Below, one piece after another: positions 39,614-49,093 of a stretch of 64,000 nucleotides of DNA. The DNA comes from an uncultured virus (IMG/VR IMGVR_UViG_2660238032_000003) (lineage: Duplodnaviria > Heunggongvirae > Uroviricota > Caudoviricetes). Location: the IMG/VR virus record IMGVR_UViG_2660238032_000003. The stretch is one strand, 5' to 3'. The notes below the pieces were generated by a model that was not told the DNA's origin, made no database searches, and saw nothing but the letters and a program-made list of their open reading frames with translations. Each line of letters starts with the position of its first letter. Positions within the stretch are counted from its first letter, which is position 1. The translations under genes and the position numbers were made by a program.

Positions 39614-39778
39614 ATGTTAATCTTAAGAATAAATATTGCAATAGCAAGAAAAAAAATATATTTATTAGATAAATTATTTTTCCTGCCTTCTTCATTTAAA
39701 GAAAAATGTGCTAAAAAAGTATGTGACGATATAATTAAGATAACTAATAAAATTAAATTGAAAAAAATAATAGAATAA
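39614..39778 (+). CDS. small basic hypothetical protein (54 aa)
   Basis: AAGGAGGTG RBS; MLILRINIAIARKK... Confidence 0.55.
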   Translation: MLILRINIAIARKKIYLLDKLFFLPSSFKEKCAKKVCDDIIKITNKIKLKKIIE

Positions 39779-39825
39779 ATTATAAAAACAATAGAACAGA
39801 AAAGACCTATGAATTCAAAGCATTT

Positions 39826-39869
39826 AAGGTCAGTACGTAGATTAATTTCTATATGCTGACCTTATTTTT
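39826..39869 (+). terminator. intrinsic terminator
   Basis: aaggtcag...ctgacctt stem then atttttg. Confidence 0.65.
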
Positions 39870-40068
39870 GTTGAAAAATAGATTATATTAAACTTGTCAT
39901 ATAAATCTATTGTATAAAATACATAAATATTACTATTTTTAACAAACAAGTAGTATTAATATATAATTAACTACTGGTTTACTCTTTTAAATAAATTTGT
40001 ATTATTGACAATATTTTAATATATTATACAATATATAGTGTCTAATTTATTAAGGGGGATAAAAAATT

Positions 40069-40773
40069 ATGAAATGGTACGAAAAAACGTGGGTAATTAT
40101 TTTGTTTTTAATTTTCTTTTTTCCAGTAGGATTATATTTAGTATGGAAACATAGTGAATTTAACAAAAAAACTAAAATTATAATAACAGCAGCAATTTTA
40201 GTTATTGCACTTATAGGGGGAGGTAGTAATTCTCAAACGCCTAAAACTTCTAATGCAATATCAAGTAAAGTTGAAAAATTAGAAGAACAATATAAGCCTG
40301 TTTTAGAAAGTGGAAAAACGTATGATATTATGACAGATGATGAAGGGAATATTGTGGTTGATATGCTTGATAATTGGGATAAATTAAGCGATAATTTTAA
40401 GGCAGAATATCAAGAATCTAAAAGTATTATAGAAAATAGTAAAAAAGCTTATGATGATAAGAAAGCTGCAGAAAAAGAAGCTGAAATTAAAAAAGAAGAA
40501 TTAAGAGCGTCACTAATAACTAATAGTCAGGAAATTGTTAAAAACAATTTAAAAGCTCCAAAATCAGCAAAATTTCCTTGGAGTTTTGATAAATATAGTA
40601 TAACTGAATGTAATTCTACAACAGATGGATTTAAAGGTTATATAGTAATGGGATATGTAGATGCAATAAACTCATTCAATGCTGAAATACGAAGTGATTT
40701 TGCAGTTCAAATAGAAATAAGTGATAATATGGAAAAATATAAATTAATTAATTGTACAATTCAAGCAAGATAA
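40069..40773 (+). CDS. membrane-anchored extracytoplasmic moron protein
   Basis: KWYEKTW..FFPVGLYLVWK TM hairpin; C-terminal LKAPKSAKF...VDAINSFNA domain; TTGACA/TACAAT promoter upstream. Confidence 0.7.
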   Translation: MKWYEKTWVIILFLIFFFPVGLYLVWKHSEFNKKTKIIITAAILVIALIGGGSNSQTPKTSNAISSKVEKLEEQYKPVLESGKTYDIMTDDEGNIVVDMLDNWDKLSDNFKAEYQESKSIIENSKKAYDDKKAAEKEAEIKKEELRASLITNSQEIVKNNLKAPKSAKFPWSFDKYSITECNSTTDGFKGYIVMGYVDAINSFNAEIRSDFAVQIEISDNMEKYKLINCTIQAR

Positions 40774-40818
40774 TAAATGGAGTAGTAAGAAGATATTAGT
40801 TTTTTACTGCTCCATTTA

Positions 40819-40916
40819 TTATTATAGTTCTATGTATAGAACTATAATAAGTTCCAAAAGTGTACCTTAAATAAGTTTCCTTTTTAGAATTCCATATGAG
40901 TTTCACTTTTGGAATT
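40819..40916. repeat. palindrome plus iteron-like repeats (candidate origin of the mobilisation module)
   Basis: ttattatagttcta/tagaactataataa; gttccaaaagtgtac (inverted), agtttcctttttagaatt, agtttcacttttggaatt, followed by very AT-rich DNA. Confidence 0.45.
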
Positions 40917-41045
40917 TCATATATTACTTAGTTTTATATTAATTAAATTATATTAATTATATATATTAACACTGAATATAAAAATAATTTGATAGAGATC
41001 TGTATAATAAATAGTTTTATGCTATAATAACAAAGAGGTGTTGTT

Positions 41046-41306
41046 ATGGAAAATGAGATTTTAGAACTATTAAGGGAAGTAAAACACAGTATTAGATCAT
41101 TGGAATTAAAGATTGATGAAAATACACAAGATATTAAAGAATTAAAAGATGGTCAAAGAAGAATCGAAAATAAAATTGATATAACATATAATCAAGTAGC
41201 TAGAACAGCAGAAGATATTACTAGCATCAAGAGTGACATGAATACAGTTGAGGCTGTAACAGCTAAGAATTGGCAAGATATAGCGAAATTAAAAGCAATC
41301 AAATAA
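41046..41306 (+). CDS. small coiled-coil protein
   Basis: Heptad pattern; own TGnTATAAT and terminator. Confidence 0.65.
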   Translation: MENEILELLREVKHSIRSLELKIDENTQDIKELKDGQRRIENKIDITYNQVARTAEDITSIKSDMNTVEAVTAKNWQDIAKLKAIK

Positions 41307-41410
41307 AAACTAGGAGATTATAATTTTATCTCTTAGTTTTTTTATTTTAAATAGTTGTATTTATTATAGAAAATAAAAAAATAGATGTATTGGATTAACC
41401 CCCAATACAT

Positions 41411-41569
41411 CTATTTTTTCTTTTTATAAGATTCATATAAACTCTCTATAAATTCACCCATAGAACAATCAAGATCTACAATTTCTTTTTTCATGTCTTT
41501 CTTTATATCTTTATCTATAAGAACAGTTAGTTTTTCTCTATTTTCATTTTTAGATACTTTTTCCTCCAC
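41411..41569 (-). CDS. ribbon-helix-helix (CopG/ParG-like) regulator (52 aa)
   Basis: GTG start with GGAG RBS; KLTVLIDKDIKKDMKKEIVDLDCSMGEFIESLY; divergent from rep. Confidence 0.65.
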   Translation of the reverse strand: MEEKVSKNENREKLTVLIDKDIKKDMKKEIVDLDCSMGEFIESLYESYKKKK

Positions 41570-41640
41570 AATCTCAACTCCATGTATTATTTTATAATTT
41601 AATTATATCATAAAATAAATTAAAAGTATAATAAAAGTAG

Positions 41641-41703
41641 TTGACTTATACGGCAAAAAGATTTAATATAAATTTATACAGAAAAATTATTTATACGGCA
41701 AAA
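41641..41703. promoter_or_regulatory. rep promoter with 13-bp direct repeat operator
   Basis: TTGACT -35; ttatacggcaaaa at 41647-41659 and 41691-41703. Confidence 0.55.
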
Positions 41704-41731
41704 TGAAAAAAAGAAGAGGTGAAACAAAAAA

Positions 41732-42427
41732 ATGGCTAAAGATTATTTGAAATTTAGAAATGCAGTAAAGAAAGATAATAACTTATCTTTAGAAGAATCT
41801 TATATGTTAGAGCTTATCTTTGATTATTATAATGTATCTATAGGATATGCTTACCCATCTTATGAAGTACTCATGTCTGATTTAAAAACTAAAAGAAGAG
41901 CTAAAGTTTCTAAATTATTAAAATCTTTAGTTAAAAAAGGTTATATCTCAATTACTAAAGCTGGTAAGAAAAATACTTATAAATTACTAAAATATTTATT
42001 CTTAGATAATAAACACAATGATTCAAACGGTAATAAACATATAGATGGTCAAATGGATTTTTCAGAAGTAACTGAAGAAGTAAAAGAAATTATAAGTCTT
42101 GGTTTTTCAGCAAAGCAAGCAAAGAGTTTATTTAAAATTGCTAATGAGAAAATAGAGAAAGTTATAAGTGCATTTAATTATGCTGCATCTAAAGGTGCTA
42201 AGAATTTATACTCTTATACTATAGCAGCATTAAAGGGTAATTATGCAAAGATTAAAACAAATAAAGAAGAGGTTGTTAAAAAACTTAAATTTAATAACTT
42301 TGAGCCAAGATCATACGATTATGATTCTTTAGAAAATAAATTATTAGGCTGGGAAAATGGTCCTGAGTATATAGATGAAGAATCAAAATCAACTTTTGAT
42401 TTAAAAGGAATGTTGGCATTGATTTAA
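41732..42427 (+). CDS. putative replication initiator (N-terminal wHTH, DnaB/DnaD-like C-terminal tail)
   Basis: GYAYPSYEVL...LKSLVKKGYI...NTY wHTH; FNNFEPRSYDYDSLENKLLGW resembles clostridial DnaD/DnaB C-termini. Confidence 0.7.
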   Translation: MAKDYLKFRNAVKKDNNLSLEESYMLELIFDYYNVSIGYAYPSYEVLMSDLKTKRRAKVSKLLKSLVKKGYISITKAGKKNTYKLLKYLFLDNKHNDSNGNKHIDGQMDFSEVTEEVKEIISLGFSAKQAKSLFKIANEKIEKVISAFNYAASKGAKNLYSYTIAALKGNYAKIKTNKEEVVKKLKFNNFEPRSYDYDSLENKLLGWENGPEYIDEESKSTFDLKGMLALI

Positions 42428-42452
42428 TTAAATAAGCTAGGAGGGATAATAC

Positions 42453-42680
42453 ATGAGATTGTATGTTGAAAAAGAAGAATGTAATAAATTACAAGATGTT
42501 GAAGATAACATAGATATTATAAGAAATATTGTTTGTTATATGTCTGTAAATTGTAAATCTATGATAGTTGGTCATGATATTCAAGGTGAATATAAAGAAA
42601 TAGAACATTATCTAAAAATAGCTTCTCAAAAAACCCAAAAATTAAAACTGGCTATGGAAAAAGAATTAGAAAGAGTTTGA
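42453..42680 (+). CDS. hypothetical protein of mobilisation module
   Basis: 75-aa ORF with GGAGGG RBS. Confidence 0.6.
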   Translation: MRLYVEKEECNKLQDVEDNIDIIRNIVCYMSVNCKSMIVGHDIQGEYKEIEHYLKIASQKTQKLKLAMEKELERV

Positions 42681-42793
42681 AAATATGGATATTGAAATTT
42701 TAAACAAATAAAAAAGACAGCAACTTTAAGCCACTACCTATACAGCAATATTAGTATAACTTAAAGTTGCTCTAAAATCAATAGGGGGCATTT

Positions 42794-44353
42794 ATGGATA
42801 TAATTGAACAACTTAAGATTTTTACAATAGCTACTGGTGGTATAGCTGCTAGTGGAGAAATATTGTCTTATTTTATTAGAAATAAAGCTAATAGGGTAGG
42901 AAGGCTTGCAACAGGATATATTGAATCAAAAGATAAACTAGAAAATATTTTGGGAAACACAGGATTAATATTAAGTAAAGATATACAATTAAAAGAACAG
43001 TTTGACTTTGAAGGTAGTGTTACTATAGCACCTACTGGAAGTGGTAAAACAAGTTCTTTTTTCTTTCCTAATTTACTTAGTAATAATATAAAAGGAAGTA
43101 TAATAGTAACAGATCCTAAAGAAGAGCTGTTTAAATTAACTTCAAAATACCAGGAAAGGGTTTGTGGTAGAAAGGTACTTAAATTTTCTCCGTTATCTCC
43201 ACAAACAAGTGAGAAATATAATTTATTGACTAGTTGCAAAGATAATAGTGAGGTTGTAGAGTTATCTTCAACTCTTCTTTTTAATGGTGCTTTGTCAATT
43301 GAACTAAGTACAGGAAAGAAAACAGGGGGAGTAGAATGGATACAGATGGCTGAACCACTTTTAGCAGCAGCTTTACTTTATGCTAAGAATTTGGAATATC
43401 CATTTAATAATATAGAGTTTGCATTTAAGTTAATTATTAATCTAGATACAGAACAGTTAGATTCTTTATTTAATGGTAGCAATAATATAGATTGTATAAA
43501 CCAATGGAATATATTTAAAACTGTTACTGGAGCTGATAGAACAGAAGGTAGTATTAAAATAACATTAGCAAGTAATATGAAATTATTTATAGATAACAGA
43601 ATAAATCAAGTTGGAGTTGAAAATACATTTGATATAGAAAAATTTAGAGAAGAACCTACAATATTATATGTTTGCTATCCTGAGAATAAAGCACCTTATT
43701 TGGCACCATTTATAGCACCGTTCTTCAGCCAAGCATTAAACAAGCTAATTGACAGTTATACAGAAAATAATCTTCCTATAACTATGCTATTCGATGAATT
43801 TGGTAATATAGGTATGTTAAATAATATGAGCGTAAATGTAGCAACTATAAGAAGTCGTAAAATAAGTATGAATATTTGTCTACAATCTATAACTCAGCTA
43901 TTTCAAACCTATGGAGTAGCTAATGGAAAAGCAATTCTAAATAATCTTAAGACTAAAATAATCCTTCCTGGATTATCTGATTCAGATACTACAAATTATT
44001 TATCCGATTTATGTGGAAATAAAGAAATAACTATATGTAATACAAATGTTAATAAGCAAAATATTACACACAGTTATTCTAAAACTAAAATCAAGCTATT
44101 TGAAAATAGTGAGTTAAGGTGTCTTGAGGATAACCAAGTATTAATTATAACAAGTAATAAACAACCAATATTAAGTATACAGGATAGATATTATACAAAC
44201 TCTGTATATACCAGCAATATATATAAAGCTACTTCTAATGTTAACCATAATAATACTAAAAAAATAGATATTGATAGTGAGATTGAGAAGCTAAAGCTAG
44301 AAATTATAAAAGATGATGTTGTAAAAGATGTATCAGAAGAATTATTCAACTGA
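42794..44353 (+). CDS. type IV coupling protein (VirD4/TraG family)
   Basis: Walker A APTGSGKT, VTDPKEE, YNLL, Walker B MLFDEFGNIG, RSR.I...LQSITQL..YG. Confidence 0.9.
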   Translation: MDIIEQLKIFTIATGGIAASGEILSYFIRNKANRVGRLATGYIESKDKLENILGNTGLILSKDIQLKEQFDFEGSVTIAPTGSGKTSSFFFPNLLSNNIKGSIIVTDPKEELFKLTSKYQERVCGRKVLKFSPLSPQTSEKYNLLTSCKDNSEVVELSSTLLFNGALSIELSTGKKTGGVEWIQMAEPLLAAALLYAKNLEYPFNNIEFAFKLIINLDTEQLDSLFNGSNNIDCINQWNIFKTVTGADRTEGSIKITLASNMKLFIDNRINQVGVENTFDIEKFREEPTILYVCYPENKAPYLAPFIAPFFSQALNKLIDSYTENNLPITMLFDEFGNIGMLNNMSVNVATIRSRKISMNICLQSITQLFQTYGVANGKAILNNLKTKIILPGLSDSDTTNYLSDLCGNKEITICNTNVNKQNITHSYSKTKIKLFENSELRCLEDNQVLIITSNKQPILSIQDRYYTNSVYTSNIYKATSNVNHNNTKKIDIDSEIEKLKLEIIKDDVVKDVSEELFN

Positions 44354-45278
44354 AGAGGATAAAGGATTATTAGAAAAATATAATAAGAAAGTTACTGGTG
44401 CTAGAGCTAATGTATATTTTTGTGTATTTAGAGTAGGTAAAAAGATAAAAGATTTAGGTCAGGTTGAAGCCTTCCAAAAGCATATGGAAAGAGAAATGGA
44501 TGTGATTAATGCAGATCCAAGACAAAAAGATAAAAATAGAGTATTAATAGGCAACAACAATATAGTTGAAAATGTTAAAAATCATGTTTATGGAATTAAG
44601 ATAAGAAGTAATGCTAATATAGCAACAGACCTTGTACTAACTACTGGAAATGGATTTTATAATAGTTTACCACCACAAGAAAGGGAAACATGGATACAGG
44701 AAAATGTTAAGTTTCTTAAGGAGAATTTTGGTGATAACTGCATTTATGCTACTTTACACATGGATGAAACCACACCACATTTACACGCTTTAATAGTTCC
44801 AAAATTTTATAACAATGAAAAAAATAGATATGAATTATCTTCAAACAAATATTTTGATGGAATTGAAAAAATGAGAGCCTGGCAGGACAAATATTCAAAT
44901 CATATGAATAAAAAATTTAATAATCTTATTAGGGGAGTAAGAGGTTCTAAGGCAAAGCATATGGATATAAAAACTTATTACTCTCTAATAACGAAAAAAC
45001 TTGATCTAATAGATGATAGGCAAGTATTAGCATATGCTAAACATAGTTATTTATTAGAGAAGAGAGTTAAAGCTTTGGAATACACATTGATGGAAATAGA
45101 AAAAAATGAAGATACAAAGGATCTAGTAGAGAAAATAAATAAATTAGATAAAAATAACAAGATTTATAAAGAGACAATAAGAACAATTACTAAAAAATAT
45201 GGCTTAAAAGAAAAAGATATTTTAGATATAGTAAGTAAGATTGAAAATAAGAATGATAAAAAAGAGAGGGAGAGATAG
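44328..45278 (+). CDS. mobV: MOBV (Mob/Pre) relaxase
   Basis: HMERE motif I, IRSNA, HMDETTPHLH (HxDExxPHxH), QD, RGVRGSKAKH. Confidence 0.9.
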   Translation: MYQKNYSTEEDKGLLEKYNKKVTGARANVYFCVFRVGKKIKDLGQVEAFQKHMEREMDVINADPRQKDKNRVLIGNNNIVENVKNHVYGIKIRSNANIATDLVLTTGNGFYNSLPPQERETWIQENVKFLKENFGDNCIYATLHMDETTPHLHALIVPKFYNNEKNRYELSSNKYFDGIEKMRAWQDKYSNHMNKKFNNLIRGVRGSKAKHMDIKTYYSLITKKLDLIDDRQVLAYAKHSYLLEKRVKALEYTLMEIEKNEDTKDLVEKINKLDKNNKIYKETIRTITKKYGLKEKDILDIVSKIENKNDKKERER

Positions 45279-45814
45279 TGGGTTTTATAAATAATTATTT
45301 AAAAGAACGTAAAAAGGATATTCAGCAATATGTAGTTATTAAAGATACTACATTAGAAAATGGAGATTTTCTTAAAAAAGGTAGTAATTTTATAATTGAT
45401 TTTATTAGAGATAATAAGATATGCATACACTTCCCAGAAAATACTCAAAGTATATTAAATAAGTACAAAGAGGAATTTGTTACAATAGATAAACTGTTTG
45501 AAATTTCTATGAGATATGAAAGTAATAATAATCTACATCAGCATATCGAAGCAGCTTTAGAAGATAATAAAATATTATCTGAACAATTATATAATTCAGA
45601 ACAGGAAAAGATACATGATAGAGAATGGTATGAAATAGATAAATATGAGTGGGGAAAAGAAAGAGAAGAATTAATTGATACAATAGAGAGAGTTAATAAT
45701 AAAACTAATATCTATAAAAAGACTATAAATAAACTATGTAAAAAGTACAATATAAATAAAAAAGAGGTATTAAATATAGTTGAAAATATAAAATCAAATG
45801 AAAGAGAGCGATAA
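45278..45814 (+). CDS. hypothetical protein sharing the relaxase C-terminal domain
   Basis: C-terminus IYKKTINKLCKKYNINKKEVLNIVENI..ERER parallels relaxase IYKETIRTITKKYGLKEKDILDIVSKI..ERER. Confidence 0.65.
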   Translation: MGFINNYLKERKKDIQQYVVIKDTTLENGDFLKKGSNFIIDFIRDNKICIHFPENTQSILNKYKEEFVTIDKLFEISMRYESNNNLHQHIEAALEDNKILSEQLYNSEQEKIHDREWYEIDKYEWGKEREELIDTIERVNNKTNIYKKTINKLCKKYNINKKEVLNIVENIKSNERER

Positions 45815-45815
45815 T

Positions 45816-45965
45816 ATGATTTATATTGATGATATTATTACTGACGGTAATTTTAAAGAATGGATTGTTGAAAGCTATATAATAGATTATGATAATGTCA
45901 CAGGGTACGTTTGCAGAAATATTAAAAGTAATGAATATAAAATATTTGAAGAGGTTGAATTTTAA
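45816..45965 (+). CDS. small hypothetical protein (49 aa)
   Basis: Coupled to previous stop; followed by hairpin ggaagg/ccttcc. Confidence 0.45.
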   Translation: MIYIDDIITDGNFKEWIVESYIIDYDNVTGYVCRNIKSNEYKIFEEVEF

Positions 45966-46170
45966 TAAATACTAATTTTGTTAGGGAAGGTTAACGCCTT
46001 CCTTATTTTTATAATTATAATTGGAATACTAGGACTAATATATTACATATTTTAAAAAATGGTTAAGTTAAAAAGATTGAGAAATAAAAACATACTTACT
46101 ACGGAATTTTCACATTATGTAATATCTACATAATTTAAAGTAGACATAATATATAGATAAAAGTATTAAG

Positions 46171-46247
46171 TTGCTATTTTACAAAACTTTATTTTATACT
46201 TTAAGTTATGATATAATGTAGAAGTATAATTTTTAAAACTTGGAGGA
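46171..46247 (+). promoter_or_regulatory. element-supplied promoter and RBS for miaB
   Basis: TTGCTA-18bp-TATACT, TGnTATAAT (46209-46217), GGAGGA; all inside attR. Confidence 0.55.
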
Positions 46248-46253
46248 ATACTA

Positions 46254-47621
46254 ATGAATTTTGATATAGACGCTTTAAAAGAAAATAAAATAGATAAAAA
46301 AGAATTCTTCTTTATTTCTACCTTTGGTTGTCAAATGAATGAAGAAGATTCTGAGAAGCTTTCAGGAATGCTTAAGTCGCAAGGCTATGAAGAAACAGAA
46401 AATAGAGATGAAGCTTCAATTGTAATTTTCAATACATGTTGTGTAAGAGAAAATGCTGAAAATAAGGTTTTTGGAAATCTTGGAAGATTAAAAAATCAAA
46501 AAGAGAAGAATCCTAATTTAATAATAGCTCTATGTGGTTGTATGATGCAACAAAAGGGGATGGCAGATGAAATTTTAAGTAGATTCCCTTACGTTGACAT
46601 AATATTTGGAACTCATAATGCATACAAGTTCCCAGAATATTTGCATAGAGTTCAAGTTGAAGGCGTTCAAGTTAAAGAGATTTTTGATAAAGAAACTGAA
46701 ATTGTAGAAGGTGTTCCAATAGACAGAAAAAGCAATGTAAAAGCTTTTGTTACTATAATGTATGGATGCAATAATTTTTGTACATATTGTGTAGTTCCTT
46801 ATGTTAGAGGGAGAGAAAGAAGTAGAAGACCAGAAGATATAGAAAATGAAATAAAAGAATTGGTTTCTAATGGATATAAAGAAATTACTTTACTTGGACA
46901 AAACGTAAATTCTTATGGTAAAGGTCTTGAAGAAGAAATTACTTTTGCACAACTTTTAAGAAGAATTAATGAAATAGATGGACTTGAAAGATTAAGATTT
47001 ATGACATCTCATCCTAAAGATTTAACTTTAGATGTGGTTTATGCTATAAGAGATTGCGATAAGCTTTGTGAACAAATACATTTACCTGTACAAAGTGGTA
47101 GTAATGAAATATTGCAAAAAATGAATAGACATTATAATAAAGAACAATATTTAGAATTAGCTAAAAAAATAAGAGAAGAAATCCCAGATGTAACATTCTC
47201 AACAGATATAATAGTTGGATTCCCAGGTGAAACTGAAGAAGATTTTGAGGAAACAATTAACTTAGTAAAAGAAGTTAGATATGATGCAGCATTTACTTTC
47301 ATATATTCAAGAAGAAATCACACACCCGCAGATAAAATGGAAGATCAAATTCCAGATGATGTTAAACATGATAGATTTAATAGACTTGTAGCTGCTGTTA
47401 ATGAAGGTATTGTTGTTGGAAATAAAGCTGCTGAAGGAAAAATATATGAAGTTTTAGTTGAGGGAACTAGTAAGAATAATGAAAACAAATTAACTGGTAG
47501 AACAAGAAATGCTAAGCTTGTAAACTTTGATGGTTGTAAAGAAATGATAGGAAAACTTGTTAAAGTTAAAATAATTGAAGCTAAATCATTTTCTTTAGTA
47601 GGAGAAGTTGTAGAGCAGTAG
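46254..47621 (+). CDS. miaB: tRNA-2-methylthio-N6-dimethylallyladenosine synthase MiaB (chimeric: first 25 codons element-derived)
   Basis: [20 protein letters not shown], radical-[12 protein letters not shown]-terminal TRAM domain. Confidence 0.97.
   Translation: MNFDIDALKENKIDKKEFFFISTFGCQMNEEDSEKLSGMLKSQGYEETENRDEASIVIFNTCCVRENAENKVFGNLGRLKNQKEKNPNLIIALCGCMMQQKGMADEILSRFPYVDIIFGTHNAYKFPEYLHRVQVEGVQVKEIFDKETEIVEGVPIDRKSNVKAFVTIMYGCNNFCTYCVVPYVRGRERSRRPEDIENEIKELVSNGYKEITLLGQNVNSYGKGLEEEITFAQLLRRINEIDGLERLRFMTSHPKDLTLDVVYAIRDCDKLCEQIHLPVQSGSNEILQKMNRHYNKEQYLELAKKIREEIPDVTFSTDIIVGFPGETEEDFEETINLVKEVRYDAAFTFIYSRRNHTPADKMEDQIPDDVKHDRFNRLVAAVNEGIVVGNKAAEGKIYEVLVEGTSKNNENKLTGRTRNAKLVNFDGCKEMIGKLVKVKIIEAKSFSLVGEVVEQ
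46303..46350. other. attR of prophage (core GGTTG 46326-46330)
   Basis: See attL; crossover falls in the Gly-Cys codons of miaB. Confidence 0.88.
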
Positions 47622-47796
47622 GGTATTATTAGACAAACTGTATTGGGATTAATAAATAATAATCTTAATACAGTTTATTATTTGGACTATATAATAAAAA
47701 CCCCTACAAAGTATTTGATGCTTAGTAGGGGTTTTCTACAAGAGATTAAAATATAGAGATATAAAAATATATTTTGATATTAATATTTTTATGAAA

Positions 47797-47848
47797 GTGC
47801 CATTTTTTCGCGTGCAGAACATATGTTCTATACACGCAAAAATGGCAC
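47797..47848. repeat. 52-bp imperfect palindrome centred on a perfect SOS-box-like GAACATATGTTC
   Basis: gtgccattttt..gcgtg / cacgc..aaaaatggcac arms; GAAC-N4-GTTC at 47817-47828. Confidence 0.55.
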
Positions 47849-47943
47849 CTTCTAAGTTTGTTTACACTAAATAAATATAAATAGCATTAAATATAGATAA
47901 TTATCAAAATATAATTGAATTATTTATCATCTACTAATATAAT

Positions 47944-48423
47944 CTATTTGATTATATCTACAAAAATACAATCTAGTATATTTTCTAATTGCCTTGGGTT
48001 CATTTCGATTTGAGATCCGATTTTACCGCCACTAAATACTATTGTTTCACAATTCAAAGCAGTGTTATGAAAAAAAGTTTTAAATGTTTTCTTCATTCCG
48101 ATAGGAGAGCATCCACCTCTTATATATCCTGTTATTTTATTAATGTCTTTAATGTGAATCATTTCAATACTTTTTTCAGATGCAGCTTTTGCAGCTTTTT
48201 TCATGTCTAATTCTTGTGCAACTGGAACAACATATACATAAAATTCTTTAGAGTGTCCCTGAGTAATCAAAGTTTTAAAAACTTCATTTTCATTCTTATT
48301 TATTTTATTTGCAACAGCTACGCCATCTATTTTTCCATCTTTATTTTGATAGTTATAAGTGGTATATTCTATTTTGCTGCTGTCTAAAATTCTCATAGCA
48401 TTAGTCTTACTTTCTTTTGCCAT
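47944..48423 (-). CDS. ybaK: Cys-tRNA(Pro) deacylase YbaK
   Basis: KTNAMRIL, VFKTL, TGYIRGGCSPIGMKK, SGG.IG. Confidence 0.93.
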   Translation of the reverse strand: MAKESKTNAMRILDSSKIEYTTYNYQNKDGKIDGVAVANKINKNENEVFKTLITQGHSKEFYVYVVPVAQELDMKKAAKAASEKSIEMIHIKDINKITGYIRGGCSPIGMKKTFKTFFHNTALNCETIVFSGGKIGSQIEMNPRQLENILDCIFVDIIK

Positions 48424-48976
48424 AATTTTTCCTCCTGTTATATAAATAAAATATTATTGAAAAAAATCTATAGATAAGTGTAATGATTTTAAAATTCATC
48501 TACTTTTTAATTTCATGTGAAAAATTGTAGATAAATACATATTAATTATATATTTATCTACAATTTTTGTCCAAATTTTCATCCAACATCTATTTTGAAA
48601 ATTAAATTTGAAAATTATTAAAAAGTAGAAATGCTAGATTGAACAGGAATTCAAATTTAAATTTTCATACAAATTAATTACTATAATATATGTAAAATTT
48701 ACGTTTTTATTAAAATTATAATTAGAAAAAAGTAATAATTTTACAACTAGAGGAATGAGTTTGTTTGTAAATAATAATTATCATTTGAGGTTAAAAGAAG
48801 TTGGATTTTGTAAACAAATTAAATGTTTAGAATTTGGTTTATCGGCAATAATTTAAGTTAAACAGGTTGTTAAAAATAAAAAATATAAATTATAATTTAA
48901 AATTAATAAGAGAGAAATTAAAACCAAGGTTTAAATTTAGAAAAAAATCAAAATTTACACTAAAAATCGTTTAATT

Positions 48977-49008
48977 TTATTTCGGGAAATATACATTTCC
49001 CGAAATAA
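48977..49008. promoter_or_regulatory. perfect 14-bp-arm palindrome upstream of xerC
   Basis: ttatttcgggaaat-atac-atttcccgaaataa adjacent to TTGATT/TATAAT. Confidence 0.5.
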
Positions 49009-49093
49009 TTGATTAAAAATTCATTTATTGGTATAATATATTTAAATCTTATAAGAATAGATTTAAATTATAGTAAATGATGGTGATAAATAA

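Larger units (their letters stand above)
1662..46330. mobile_element. temperate prophage (contractile tail) carrying a mobilisation module, integrated in miaB
   Basis: Serine integrase next to attL; immunity, replication, packaging, head, tail and lysis modules in canonical order; att sites reconstruct miaB and an inverted-repeat attP. Confidence 0.93.

Noticed and set aside
46115..46135. attatgta-atatc-tacataat palindrome near attR as a dif-like site
   Set aside because: Arms are in the opposite order to dif and the spacer does not fit; function unknown
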